A DNA stretch of 39,455 nt, from IMG/VR virus record IMGVR_UViG_3300043764_000035, positions 1-39,455 of that record; one strand, 5' to 3'. Position 1 is the stretch's first letter. Every line of letters starts with the position of its first letter. This stretch comes from a virus. Lineage: Duplodnaviria; Caudoviricetes. The notes beneath the pieces are model-generated. The model did no database searches. It saw nothing but the letters and a program-made list of their open reading frames with translations, and was not told the origin of the DNA. Both the position numbers and the translations under genes were made by a program. Positions 1 to 7,714 of the stretch are shown here, in pieces.

Positions 1-1365
1 TTTGCAGTCGTATGGTATACGCATCGTTCGGCCGTGCTGGAGTGGGATTTCCTCCACCAAATGTTCTTGCAATAGCGGAATGATTTCATCCTCATCTTCT
101 TCCCTATACATGAACGTAAGAGCGTCGTGGTCTTGCATCATAATGAGACAAATCTCACGACGCCAAATTCTCAGCATTGCCTTGTTGACTAAGTCTGCGA
201 GGCTTCCCTGAGGGTTATAAGCAATCGCTTCCCGGAATGTGGAAGGATCATTTCGCCGGCCAAAGAACCACCGCTTGCGGCCAGTAAGGGTAATAAGATA
301 GCCAACTCTTCTGAGCTGATCTTCAGTCCAACCGTGCCATTTGATATGCCCAGGGAAGGCTCTAAAGTATTTGGGTTGGAAACCAATAACGACAGGTTCA
401 GGGAGATTAGTTTCTCCTGAGAGTCTGGGAGGCTGTCCGGCGTAGTTGCTTCCATGGCCGAGCTTTTTGCACATGAAACGGTAAGAGTAGTGGCGGTAGA
501 AGGGTCGTTCAGCGATAGCTTTATCTCGCTTGAGGTCCCCGGTCCACCCAAGGTCCGGCCAACACATTCTAGCAACTGCTGTATGCACATCCCCAGACTC
601 AACGGCGTCGAGGTACCTCCAATCATTGAACAGGTTCCCTTCTAGTGCGCCGACGATGTAGCTTTCGCCGGACTTGGCGTCGAATTTTGCGAATTTCCAG
701 CCCCAATCGGCGATGAATACGCTTCTAAGACTTTCCTCCACGTTCTGTAAGTTTCCGCCAGTGCCAAATTCGCTATAGCTAGAGCTAAAGCGGCCGGTAG
801 AAGTGCCGGAAATGTTGTATGAGGTTCGTATTCGTCCATCGCTGTCCACTCCTGTTTTGAGAAAGTCGATCTTCTTCTGCAACTCCCGCATGGCGAGGAT
901 GTGTAAGACAATCGGCCTCGCCACGAGGTAGATTTTCATCTTCTCAAGGACTTTGACGTTGCAGCTGCGGCTGCCGTTGCGGTCCTCAGGCACGCCCAAG
1001 TAGTCGAAGAACAACCTGGGCACGTCTTTAGTCGAGCGCCAGTTAAACGTCGGCATCCCCACGCCATCGAGAACGATCTGCTCCAGTTGGCCTTCAAGTT
1101 GATCGATCTTTTCGTAGTACTCGTCTATGACTTCTTGTCGTCGAGCCTGATCAACCAAAACGCCCCGCAGCTGCATCTCAAGTACGGGTCCCTGGAGGGC
1201 TCGGCTAAAAGCATAGGTATCTGATGTGTACTCACCAAGTTGCGGCTGTATAGCATCAAACACTTCGGATGTGACGCAGCAATCGAGGCCATTGTAGACC
1301 CAGTCTCGTTCTTGTTGTGTTGGGAAGTCATCGGGGGTGCTTTCTGCTGTGCGGATGAGTTTCAC
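1..1365 (-). CDS. polA: Family A DNA polymerase, ExoIII + polymerase part (3' end beyond the window; absent from the ORF track)
   Basis: Manual translation from GTG at 1365 is open for 455 codons to base 1: MKLIRTAE...WVYNGLD (ExoIII), GTSTGRFSS...NLQN, motif A KFDAKSGE, motif B RFMCKKLGHGSNY, TLTGRKR, NPQGSLAD, motif C QDHDAL. Confidence 0.93.
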   Translation of the reverse strand, partial: MKLIRTAESTPDDFPTQQERDWVYNGLDCCVTSEVFDAIQPQLGEYTSDTYAFSRALQGPVLEMQLRGVLVDQARRQEVIDEYYEKIDQLEGQLEQIVLDGVGMPTFNWRSTKDVPRLFFDYLGVPEDRNGSRSCNVKVLEKMKIYLVARPIVLHILAMRELQKKIDFLKTGVDSDGRIRTSYNISGTSTGRFSSSYSEFGTGGNLQNVEESLRSVFIADWGWKFAKFDAKSGESYIVGALEGNLFNDWRYLDAVESGDVHTAVARMCWPDLGWTGDLKRDKAIAERPFYRHYSYRFMCKKLGHGSNYAGQPPRLSGETNLPEPVVIGFQPKYFRAFPGHIKWHGWTEDQLRRVGYLITLTGRKRWFFGRRNDPSTFREAIAYNPQGSLADLVNKAMLRIWRREICLIMMQDHDALTFMYREEDEDEIIPLLQEHLVEEIPLQHGRTMRIPYDCK

Positions 1366-1532
1366 AACTTGCCGGCCTTTCGAAGCTCTCCAATGATAAA
1401 GCCAGCTAATTCGTATAGAACGGTATCATCCCATTGTGCACAATCGAACTCGGACTTCTTCATGGCTTGCACAATGATGTCGGCAGTTTTGACTATCTCT
1501 ATGAAAGGTGTGTAGTCGCTCTTCTCACTCAT
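1362..1532 (-). CDS. 56-aa hypothetical protein between the two polymerase halves
   Basis: MSEKSDYTPFIEIV...ELRKAGKL; ATGA overlap with the upstream stop and GTGA overlap with the polymerase start. Confidence 0.65.
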   Translation of the reverse strand: MSEKSDYTPFIEIVKTADIIVQAMKKSEFDCAQWDDTVLYELAGFIIGELRKAGKL

Positions 1533-2629
1533 TCATCCCTCTTAATCGTCGGCGTGCCACCACGCTCCACTTTCCATGGACCATGATTGGTGTAAATGGA
1601 GCCAAGGTATCCAAGTCCCTTCAAACTCTCCGGATGCAGTGCATGGTGCAGCAACATCGTATCATGCGCCGCGTTTATCACCCTGATCCCGGTAGTTCTA
1701 AGTATGAAAGGGACGTCGTACATGCCGTTCTGGAAGAGCTTCGGGATCAAGGGGTCTTCAAGCACCTGTCGGATAAGTTCCCAGCATGAGCGTTCAGCCG
1801 CCGCAGTAGGCCAATAGCTATTAGCCGGAAAGCGCTCGTCATGGATTGGAATAACTAGTGCAAGATCGGGCCTGGGCGCAAAGCCAATGCATGTAATCTG
1901 GTTTCCGCTCGTCTCAATGTCCACAGAAAGAAGCTTGCAGCCACGGATAAATCTACGGATGAAGACTCGGATTTCGGCAAGGTTGGGCTGGGTCCAAATT
2001 GTGCAGTTTGGCCGCCTGACATCAGGAAAGTCCTTCTCCTTGTTGATCTTGCCCAGGTCCGCTACCGTCGTGGGCCTGAGGTACCAGTCTCGTGTAACAG
2101 CGCTAGGATGGTAAGTGCAAAGCAGCTTATACCCACTGACAATATGGCTGCTGACGCAAGTCGTACCGCGAAGCTTGGTGATGCCAGTCCGGCCAGCCAG
2201 AGCCCAAAGGGCACTGTTGCCAAGGCAGACGATAAGATTAGGATCGTGAGCGAGAATTTCATCGCCCAGACGGTCCAGCTCCGAGGCGTATTCGGCCTGG
2301 ACGTATTTGGACTTGGCCAGGGCCGGGTAGCCTGGGATGGCGCTGGCCTTCGGCCCACAGAAATGTGTGAGATCGTTCGCTGGCGGGTGCTGTTGGAAGA
2401 CATTTGTGCGGTAGACCTCTGGATGGAGTTCCCATATCGCATCGAGGGCCCATGAGTCGCGCCCTCGGTACCACTTACGCAAGTAGTCCTGATCTGCGGC
2501 TGTGAGCGTCAGGACGCCAGCGTCGGCCAGCATCCTGATCAGCTCCGAGCCGGTGTACCCGACGAAACCTTTGCCGATCCTGGCTTCGTTTTCGCCTTGG
2601 GCCTCGCCGACGAGGAAGATGGGCTTCAC
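1529..2629 (-). CDS. Uracil-DNA glycosylase (family 4-like) domain fused to a partial DnaQ-like 3'-5' exonuclease (ExoI/ExoII)
   Basis: LVGEAQGENE..FVG, TNV and TYHPS UDG motifs; SVDIETSG (ExoI), FQNGMYD (ExoII), HDTMLLHH; no ExoIII. Confidence 0.88.
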   Translation of the reverse strand: MKPIFLVGEAQGENEARIGKGFVGYTGSELIRMLADAGVLTLTAADQDYLRKWYRGRDSWALDAIWELHPEVYRTNVFQQHPPANDLTHFCGPKASAIPGYPALAKSKYVQAEYASELDRLGDEILAHDPNLIVCLGNSALWALAGRTGITKLRGTTCVSSHIVSGYKLLCTYHPSAVTRDWYLRPTTVADLGKINKEKDFPDVRRPNCTIWTQPNLAEIRVFIRRFIRGCKLLSVDIETSGNQITCIGFAPRPDLALVIPIHDERFPANSYWPTAAAERSCWELIRQVLEDPLIPKLFQNGMYDVPFILRTTGIRVINAAHDTMLLHHALHPESLKGLGYLGSIYTNHGPWKVERGGTPTIKRDE

Positions 2630-3051
2630 CGGAGTGCCTCAAGCACTTCTTGAATGTAAAGACAGATATCGTTGGCCATGAGATACATCAGGTCTGGCTC
2701 GATCTCTTCTGGAATGTAGATGATCAAGCGCTTGTTGGCACCGTTGAAGTATCCAGCTTCTAGATGACTGGAACGGCCGGAAGGTAGTACCAAGACGCAA
2801 GTGTCGGCCCATTGCATTGCACGGTAGTCGGCCGAGAAGCCAAAGCCAGCATCGGCATTGGTTGTAAGCAGCTTGCGGTACGTGGGCATGTCCCAAGCTT
2901 TCCAACCTTCTTCGACATCTTTCCACTGGAAGCCTACTTTGCCAGGGGGACTTCGGAAATCGTAGACTTGGTGGCCCGCTTCACGAATGAGCCGGACTAC
3001 TTCTCGCTGGTATTGGTTGCGCCAGCTAGACGCGACATAAACCCGTCTCAT
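2626..3051 (-). CDS. Nucleoside 2-deoxyribosyltransferase-like protein
   Basis: VYVASSWRN...GHQVYDF...ADTCVLVLPSGRSSHLEAGY pattern; start moved to ATG 3051 (ATGA overlap). Confidence 0.75.
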   Translation of the reverse strand: MRRVYVASSWRNQYQREVVRLIREAGHQVYDFRSPPGKVGFQWKDVEEGWKAWDMPTYRKLLTTNADAGFGFSADYRAMQWADTCVLVLPSGRSSHLEAGYFNGANKRLIIYIPEEIEPDLMYLMANDICLYIQEVLEALR

Positions 3052-3443
3052 GCATCGCACTCCTTCACCGCCAAATGTGCATAGCCCTCGACATCCTCCC
3101 AATGCTGCCTCTCTAGGCTCTTGCCGCTGAGTATGCGGCTGATCTTCAGTGCGATGTTATCCAGCGCTTCTTTCTCGACATCGTCGAGGTACTGCCAAGA
3201 CGCTGTGGCCCGCATTACTGCCTTAAGCATCTGGCTCACTCTGGCATTGTCCCTGAACGGACCGTGGGTCTTGCCGCGCTCTTCGGTGATATCCGCGACG
3301 GTTGGCTTTGGGGCCATGGGCGGTGACTGATATCTTGGAGATTGCATCGCCGCCCGTTCTAGTAACGCCTCCACCGATGGCTCCTGCGCCAATTCCGTCT
3401 CGCTCACCTTGAACAACCGTTCCATATCACTTTCCTCTGTCAT
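3048..3443 (-). CDS. DUF6378-like alpha-helical protein (putative nucleotide pyrophosphohydrolase-related)
   Basis: ERGKTHG.F...KISRILSG...HWEDVEGYAHL signature. Confidence 0.7.
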   Translation of the reverse strand: MTEESDMERLFKVSETELAQEPSVEALLERAAMQSPRYQSPPMAPKPTVADITEERGKTHGPFRDNARVSQMLKAVMRATASWQYLDDVEKEALDNIALKISRILSGKSLERQHWEDVEGYAHLAVKECDA

Positions 3444-3455
3444 GTTCCCTCACAC

Positions 3456-3487
3456 AAAAGTGGGGAGCGGCGTTGACACCACTCCCC
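3456..3487 (-). terminator. Probable intrinsic terminator after the SSB-like gene
   Basis: Minus strand GGGGAGTGGTG-TCAA-CGCCGCTCCCC followed by ACTTTT. Confidence 0.6.
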
Positions 3488-3497
3488 TTGCTGCGCC

Positions 3498-3947
3498 TTA
3501 GCTGCCGATCTTGGCCGTAGACCCGATCCGAGCGAACGTCCGCTTCCCGTCCTCGCTCGTTTCGTGCTTGATATGGATCACCACCTCGCGGTTAGGGACT
3601 TCTTCGATCCCCTCCACGAGGCTCTTGCCGGTCAGATCGACCCCGCAGTTCTCGATGAACTCCTTCAACATAAACGCCGACTTGTCGGTGATGTAGAAGG
3701 TGTTGTCGATCTCCTGGCCGGAGATGGTCTCGCCGTCGACTTGGAAGGCCTCGATTGCCTCCGGATCGACATCGCTCAGCGGCGCGACAACGCGGTGGAC
3801 GAACTTCAGATAGTCGGTCTTCTTCTTGCTGGACTTGCCTTGCTCTGGCATGCCGATCACGACGGTGTGATAGGAGCCCATCGGCAGAGTCACAGGGGGC
3901 TTGATGTCTTCCGAAGGGCGGTTCAGGATGTCTTCGAAGTTTGCCAT
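3498..3947 (-). CDS. DUF669-like single-stranded DNA-binding protein
   Basis: PPVTLPMGSY...LKEFIENCG...VVIHIKHE pattern; lies in a Sak4/nuclease module; start set at MANFEDIL (ATG 3947) after a GAAAG purine tract. Confidence 0.6.
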   Translation of the reverse strand: MANFEDILNRPSEDIKPPVTLPMGSYHTVVIGMPEQGKSSKKKTDYLKFVHRVVAPLSDVDPEAIEAFQVDGETISGQEIDNTFYITDKSAFMLKEFIENCGVDLTGKSLVEGIEEVPNREVVIHIKHETSEDGKRTFARIGSTAKIGS

Positions 3948-3963
3948 TTGGTCACGCTTTCGT

Positions 3964-4173
3964 TCAGAATGGAATGTCGTCGTCGTCAGAGGTAGGCTTA
4001 GCTGGCGGGGCTGGCCTGCGCCGGTCTCGGGTCTCCTTTTCTTGGATCGAAGTTTCCTCGGCGAGGACTGCTTGTATCCTCGCGAAGAGGGCGGTTGCTC
4101 CACCGTTATTGATGCGAGATAGCGCTTCAAGGGCGATGGATAGGTTTTTGATGCGGGCTGAGGCATCACTCAT
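3964..4173 (-). CDS. 69-aa protein ending in an SSB-type acidic tail (DDDDIPF)
   Basis: Helical N-terminus, Pro-rich linker, C-terminal SDDDDIPF; ATGA overlap with the upstream gene. Confidence 0.75.
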   Translation of the reverse strand: MSDASARIKNLSIALEALSRINNGGATALFARIQAVLAEETSIQEKETRDRRRPAPPAKPTSDDDDIPF

Positions 4174-4415
4174 CGCCAAGTCACCGCCTTGACCGCCCAC
4201 ATCTGCGCGGTTTGGGCTTCGGTGATGGCGATCGAGCAGAGCCGCACCATCTCTGAATTGTCGCCGCGGGCGATGTATCCCTGGCGGAAATCATCCATAT
4301 GGTCGATGATCTCGGCGTAGAGCTTCTTGAGCTTGTCCACATCGCCCATGCCGGAAGGATTGAACTGAAGCCCAACTGCCTTCTCGCCGTAGGTCTGTTC
4401 ATGTTCTGTCATCAC
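4170..4415 (-). CDS. Acb2/Tad1-like putative anti-defence sponge protein
   Basis: VGLQFNPSG...RLCSIAITEAQTAQMWAVKAVT resembles the Acb2/Tad1 helical signature. Confidence 0.65.
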   Translation of the reverse strand: MMTEHEQTYGEKAVGLQFNPSGMGDVDKLKKLYAEIIDHMDDFRQGYIARGDNSEMVRLCSIAITEAQTAQMWAVKAVTWR

Positions 4416-5302
4416 ACTCTCCTTTGCAAAGTTACCGCCTTTGGCTTCTCCACCACAGTTGCGGCTGGCTGTGGCTTCACTTTCGCAGGAGGCTTCCCGC
4501 GAAGGGTCTCGAAGATAGTGGCAAGGCCGGTGTCGGCTGGAAGGGTTTTCTCCTTGAGCTTGTCTAGCCGCGGCATCGCCAAGTCAATCATGGCGTCGCT
4601 TTCCAACTGCACCACCCGGTTCCCGGCGAAGTTCTTGAGCCGGACATAGACCGGGAAGTATTGCGGGATTTTGGGCGAGAGCTTCTGGCCAACGCCCTGG
4701 GGGTAGATTTTCTTGGTCTTGTCTTCCAAGTCCATGTACTGCCCGTGGCAAATGACGATGACGTTGGTCTCGAAGGTCTTGGAGGTGAGCCCAGCCAAGA
4801 CCATCTCCACTGCATCCTGAGCATTGCCATACACGGCCCTGCCGTCGATCTCGCCTGACTTGCCTGGCTTGATCAGGAAGTGATGATAGTCATACGCGGC
4901 ATCGCACAGCCGTGACAGCGAGTCGATGACGAGGATGCAATCCGACCCCCATTCCTTCGGCTTGCCGTATTCGATCTTATCCTCGCCATCTTTGTAGGTC
5001 CAGTTGTCGAGCATCTTCATGGCGTTGAGGAAGGCGTTGGGGACGCCGTCGATCTCTGGGCCAGTCGGCCCTGCCTTGTACTTATCCCGCAGGGTTCTGA
5101 ACTCAACGTTGCCGATCTTGTCTGGGCATTCCTTCAGCACGGCGTATTTGAGCGAGTCGAGGAGATTGTCCATGTCGAGGATGAAGAGGCGGTAACCAGC
5201 TTTGACCAACGAAACTAGAGAGGTGGTCTTACCGGACTTGGCGTCGCCTAGGTAGAGTATCTTGACGAACTCGTTGGATTGATGTTCAGCGAGGCTGGGC
5301 AT
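4412..5302 (-). CDS. AAA_24 / Sak4-like ATPase (ssDNA annealing recombinase)
   Basis: Walker A GDAKSGKTT, Walker B LVIDSLS, NVIVICH; adjacent to SSB-like and nuclease genes. Confidence 0.8.
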   Translation of the reverse strand: MPSLAEHQSNEFVKILYLGDAKSGKTTSLVSLVKAGYRLFILDMDNLLDSLKYAVLKECPDKIGNVEFRTLRDKYKAGPTGPEIDGVPNAFLNAMKMLDNWTYKDGEDKIEYGKPKEWGSDCILVIDSLSRLCDAAYDYHHFLIKPGKSGEIDGRAVYGNAQDAVEMVLAGLTSKTFETNVIVICHGQYMDLEDKTKKIYPQGVGQKLSPKIPQYFPVYVRLKNFAGNRVVQLESDAMIDLAMPRLDKLKEKTLPADTGLATIFETLRGKPPAKVKPQPAATVVEKPKAVTLQRRV

Positions 5303-5502
5303 CAGATCAGCTCCGGGTATTTGGCTGGATTGCCAATGACGGCTTCGAGGATGTGAATGGCCTTGTGCGTCGCATTGGTCATGGAGTTATTGTACTCTTC
5401 CTCGGTCAGCACCATCACGCATCCTTGCGCGGTGCCAATTCGCCCGATGTCAGCCCAGACGTGGCCATTTTCATCGGTCTTAAGGGCTACAATTTTAGGC
5501 AT
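5302..5502 (-). CDS. Hypothetical protein
   Basis: ORF with AAGGAG RBS and overlapping stop/start junctions. Confidence 0.6.
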   Translation of the reverse strand: MPKIVALKTDENGHVWADIGRIGTAQGCVMVLTEEEYNNSMTNATHKAIHILEAVIGNPAKYPELI

Positions 5503-5692
5503 CACTCAGTCTCCTTGAACTTGATCTCACAATTGGCCATAAGACACTCTGCCATGATGATATACTTGCTCCAGCCTAGAGGCGCTCTATCATTGTCTAT
5601 TTCAGATAGTAGCCAAGCGAGCCTCCAGACAGGATTGGCTTCAATTTCGGCCTTGGTATAAGTTGGGTCAGGCATCATCACTCAGTCTCCTT
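5500..5692. repeat. 17-bp direct repeat (minus strand AAGGAGACTGAGTGATG) at 5500-5516 and 5676-5692
   Basis: Identical RBS-stop-start junctions flank the 58-aa ORF. Confidence 0.85.
5502..5678 (-). CDS. 58-aa hypothetical protein (not in the ORF track)
   Basis: MMPDPTYTKAEIEANPVWRLAW...KFKETE; fills the gap exactly with TGATG overlaps. Confidence 0.6.
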   Translation of the reverse strand: MMPDPTYTKAEIEANPVWRLAWLLSEIDNDRAPLGWSKYIIMAECLMANCEIKFKETE

Positions 5693-5905
5693 AGGCTTTG
5701 GCTGGAGTTCCCTAATTCGCTTCTCCAAGACCCAGACCAAGTCCTCGCTGTAGCCTCGGCGATTTGGGGCCATGGCGAATGTAATGGCCTTGATCACGTC
5801 GAACGCGTCGGCCTTTGGGGCCAAGTCCAAGTTCTGGCTTCGTAGGCTTCGCAACTCATGCACACACCGTTGCATCATCTCTATTGCTTCTTTGTCTTCC
5901 ATCAC
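5678..5905 (-). CDS. Hypothetical protein
   Basis: Coupled ORF, helical. Confidence 0.6.
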   Translation of the reverse strand: MMEDKEAIEMMQRCVHELRSLRSQNLDLAPKADAFDVIKAITFAMAPNRRGYSEDLVWVLEKRIRELQPKPKETE

Positions 5906-6117
5906 CCATTTCCTTTCGCATTCTTGAGCAAAGCTTCTGTATAGAACGGCATGATGTCCCCAAGCCGGATGTCGTACAGCTCGATATGCGGCACGATAGT
6001 GGTGATCTCGGTGGAGACATTGGCGACGAGGAACTTCAGCCTGATGGTATTCCCAGTGATGTCCACCACTTGCAGTTTACATAGCGGCCATATGGCCCTG
6101 GCTTGCTTTTCAGGCAT
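5902..6117 (-). CDS. Hypothetical protein
   Basis: Start set at MPEKQ after an AAGGA RBS. Confidence 0.55.
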   Translation of the reverse strand: MPEKQARAIWPLCKLQVVDITGNTIRLKFLVANVSTEITTIVPHIELYDIRLGDIMPFYTEALLKNAKGNG

Positions 6118-6310
6118 CTGATTTCCTTTGAAAACACGGGCAGCGATAGCGCGCGTCAGTGCGCTCGCCACTGTCGAGGCTGACGGAGTTGGCGCATTTG
6201 CCAATCCATTGATCGTACTTGTCCTGCTCCCAGCTGACGCAAGTCTGGCAGCAATTCGGCGGCCACTTGAGCCAAGAGGGAATGCTTAACGGCTCTTCAG
6301 TGGGTTCCAT
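6110..6310 (-). CDS. Small Cys-rich (putative metal-binding) protein
   Basis: CCQTC...GKC...CPCF. Confidence 0.55.
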   Translation of the reverse strand: MEPTEEPLSIPSWLKWPPNCCQTCVSWEQDKYDQWIGKCANSVSLDSGERTDARYRCPCFQRKSDA

Positions 6311-7293
6311 CGTTCCTCCACAGGAAGCTGGATGAAGTCGCTCTTGAGGTAAACATCCCTTACGTTAGGGCTCTTAGCGCAGACATCCCTGAAGCGACAG
6401 CCACCGAACTTGTCGCAAGAGGTATCGTTCATGGGCCAATGCTTCGCCTCGGCGAATGCCTCCGCGGCGTTGAGGTGGTATTCGAGATCGTCTAGCCACT
6501 CGTCGATGAGTTCATCGTTGCGGTAAGTGAACGCTCGGGCGAACTTCGTGGTGAATTTCTCTAGGCCTATCTGGGCGCCTTCTATGCAGACACCTTTGAT
6601 CTCCAGTCCCATCACCACCTGCCCGGCGAAGGTATAGAGCGTCATCTGGTTGCTAGGGTTAAAGCCTTTGAACCAATAGTCGCTGATGGTGGAAACGGTG
6701 GTCTTATGGTCAACAACGAAGAGATTTTCGTTGATGTCGACGACGCGGTCGAGGTGGCCGCAGAGCATGTACATCCGGGCCTCGGCGTTGTGCTTTTCAG
6801 CTACCTCTGCAGCGTCCCAATCTCGTTCGTGGACTGGCTGGTACTGGCTAGTTGGGCCGAAGTCCAAATCGAACTTGAAGCTAAGCTCCACCGCTGGCTT
6901 GCCGTTCTCTAAGATGATGGTCTTCGCGGCATCGTTTCGATAGTTATCGACATAGTCAACGACAAGCTGAACCAGCGTCCGAGGGTTTTTATACTGACCT
7001 GCCTTAAGCGTGATGTCTGGGTCCCAATCCGCAATACGTATAAGTAGTTGCCGGACCGTTTCCCTAACCGCATCGTCGAAGCTGTGACCGTCGGCCCTGA
7101 GGTTCTCGAAGTCTTGTATGGCACTGTGATACTCCCGGCCGAAGCGAAGGTGGATGCTTTCGTCCTTGGCGACGTAGCCGCAGATCATGTGGTAGTAGTA
7201 GAGCCTGGGACAGGTTTTGAGGTAGCCGAGGGAGGTGGAGTCCCAGGCGTATTGGATGAACGTGCCTGGGAGGAATGGGGATGGGTCTATCAT
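6286..7293 (-). CDS. PD-(D/E)XK nuclease, Cas4/RecB-like, with probable Fe-S cluster
   Basis: KTCPR, VELSF, GHLDR, VDHKT, QMTLY and C-terminal CDKFGGCRFRDVC (1+3 Cys arrangement). Confidence 0.88.
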   Translation of the reverse strand: MIDPSPFLPGTFIQYAWDSTSLGYLKTCPRLYYYHMICGYVAKDESIHLRFGREYHSAIQDFENLRADGHSFDDAVRETVRQLLIRIADWDPDITLKAGQYKNPRTLVQLVVDYVDNYRNDAAKTIILENGKPAVELSFKFDLDFGPTSQYQPVHERDWDAAEVAEKHNAEARMYMLCGHLDRVVDINENLFVVDHKTTVSTISDYWFKGFNPSNQMTLYTFAGQVVMGLEIKGVCIEGAQIGLEKFTTKFARAFTYRNDELIDEWLDDLEYHLNAAEAFAEAKHWPMNDTSCDKFGGCRFRDVCAKSPNVRDVYLKSDFIQLPVEERWNPLKSR

Positions 7294-7490
7294 GCACGCA
7301 CCACCACGTCGGGGGTGATGGCGACGATGTAGTCGATGTTGAAGTAGGAGGCCCTGCTAGGAGGGCCGGCGAATGGTTGATTTGGCATGATCATAATGAA
7401 CCCATCTGGGCCTTCTTCGCTGATCATAGAGTCATCTGGGAAGGAATAGCTCTTGATTACTCCGTCGAACTTGACGTGGACTTGCATCAT
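7290..7490 (-). CDS. Hypothetical protein
   Basis: Coupled ORF. Confidence 0.55.
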   Translation of the reverse strand: MMQVHVKFDGVIKSYSFPDDSMISEEGPDGFIMIMPNQPFAGPPSRASYFNIDYIVAITPDVVVRA

Positions 7491-7714
7491 GCACCTTCCT
7501 TTGCGGCTTCGTTGAGGGTGAGCATTAGGATCGCTGCACCCATTGCAGTATCTTTATCGCCTTTGCATAGTTTATAGACCTCATTCCCTGCTGCAACGGC
7601 CAGGAATAAGCCCCATTCTCTAGGAGCAAAGCCATTTTCTGCGAGGAATTTCTCAAGCTTAACGATACCCTGGTGGTACCGTAATATGGTATCCTCGTTT
7701 TGCGTGTATGCCAC
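7487..7714 (-). CDS. Hypothetical protein
   Basis: Coupled ORF, AGGAGG RBS. Confidence 0.55.
   Translation of the reverse strand: MAYTQNEDTILRYHQGIVKLEKFLAENGFAPREWGLFLAVAAGNEVYKLCKGDKDTAMGAAILMLTLNEAAKEGA

Noticed and set aside
189-1331. ORF-track fragments at 189-626, 642-911 and 1125-1331 suggesting a broken gene
   Set aside because: They are alternative frames over one continuous polymerase frame (1365 to 1) that the track missed because it has no stop inside the window
1362-1532. Intron or intein interrupting the polymerase
   Set aside because: Only ~165 nt, with no recognisable group I/II core or intein termini, and fully occupied by a coupled ORF with normal starts
6286-7293. Cas4-like gene as evidence of a CRISPR system
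   Set aside because: No repeat-spacer array or other cas genes seen; solo Cas4-like nucleases are common in phage recombination modules
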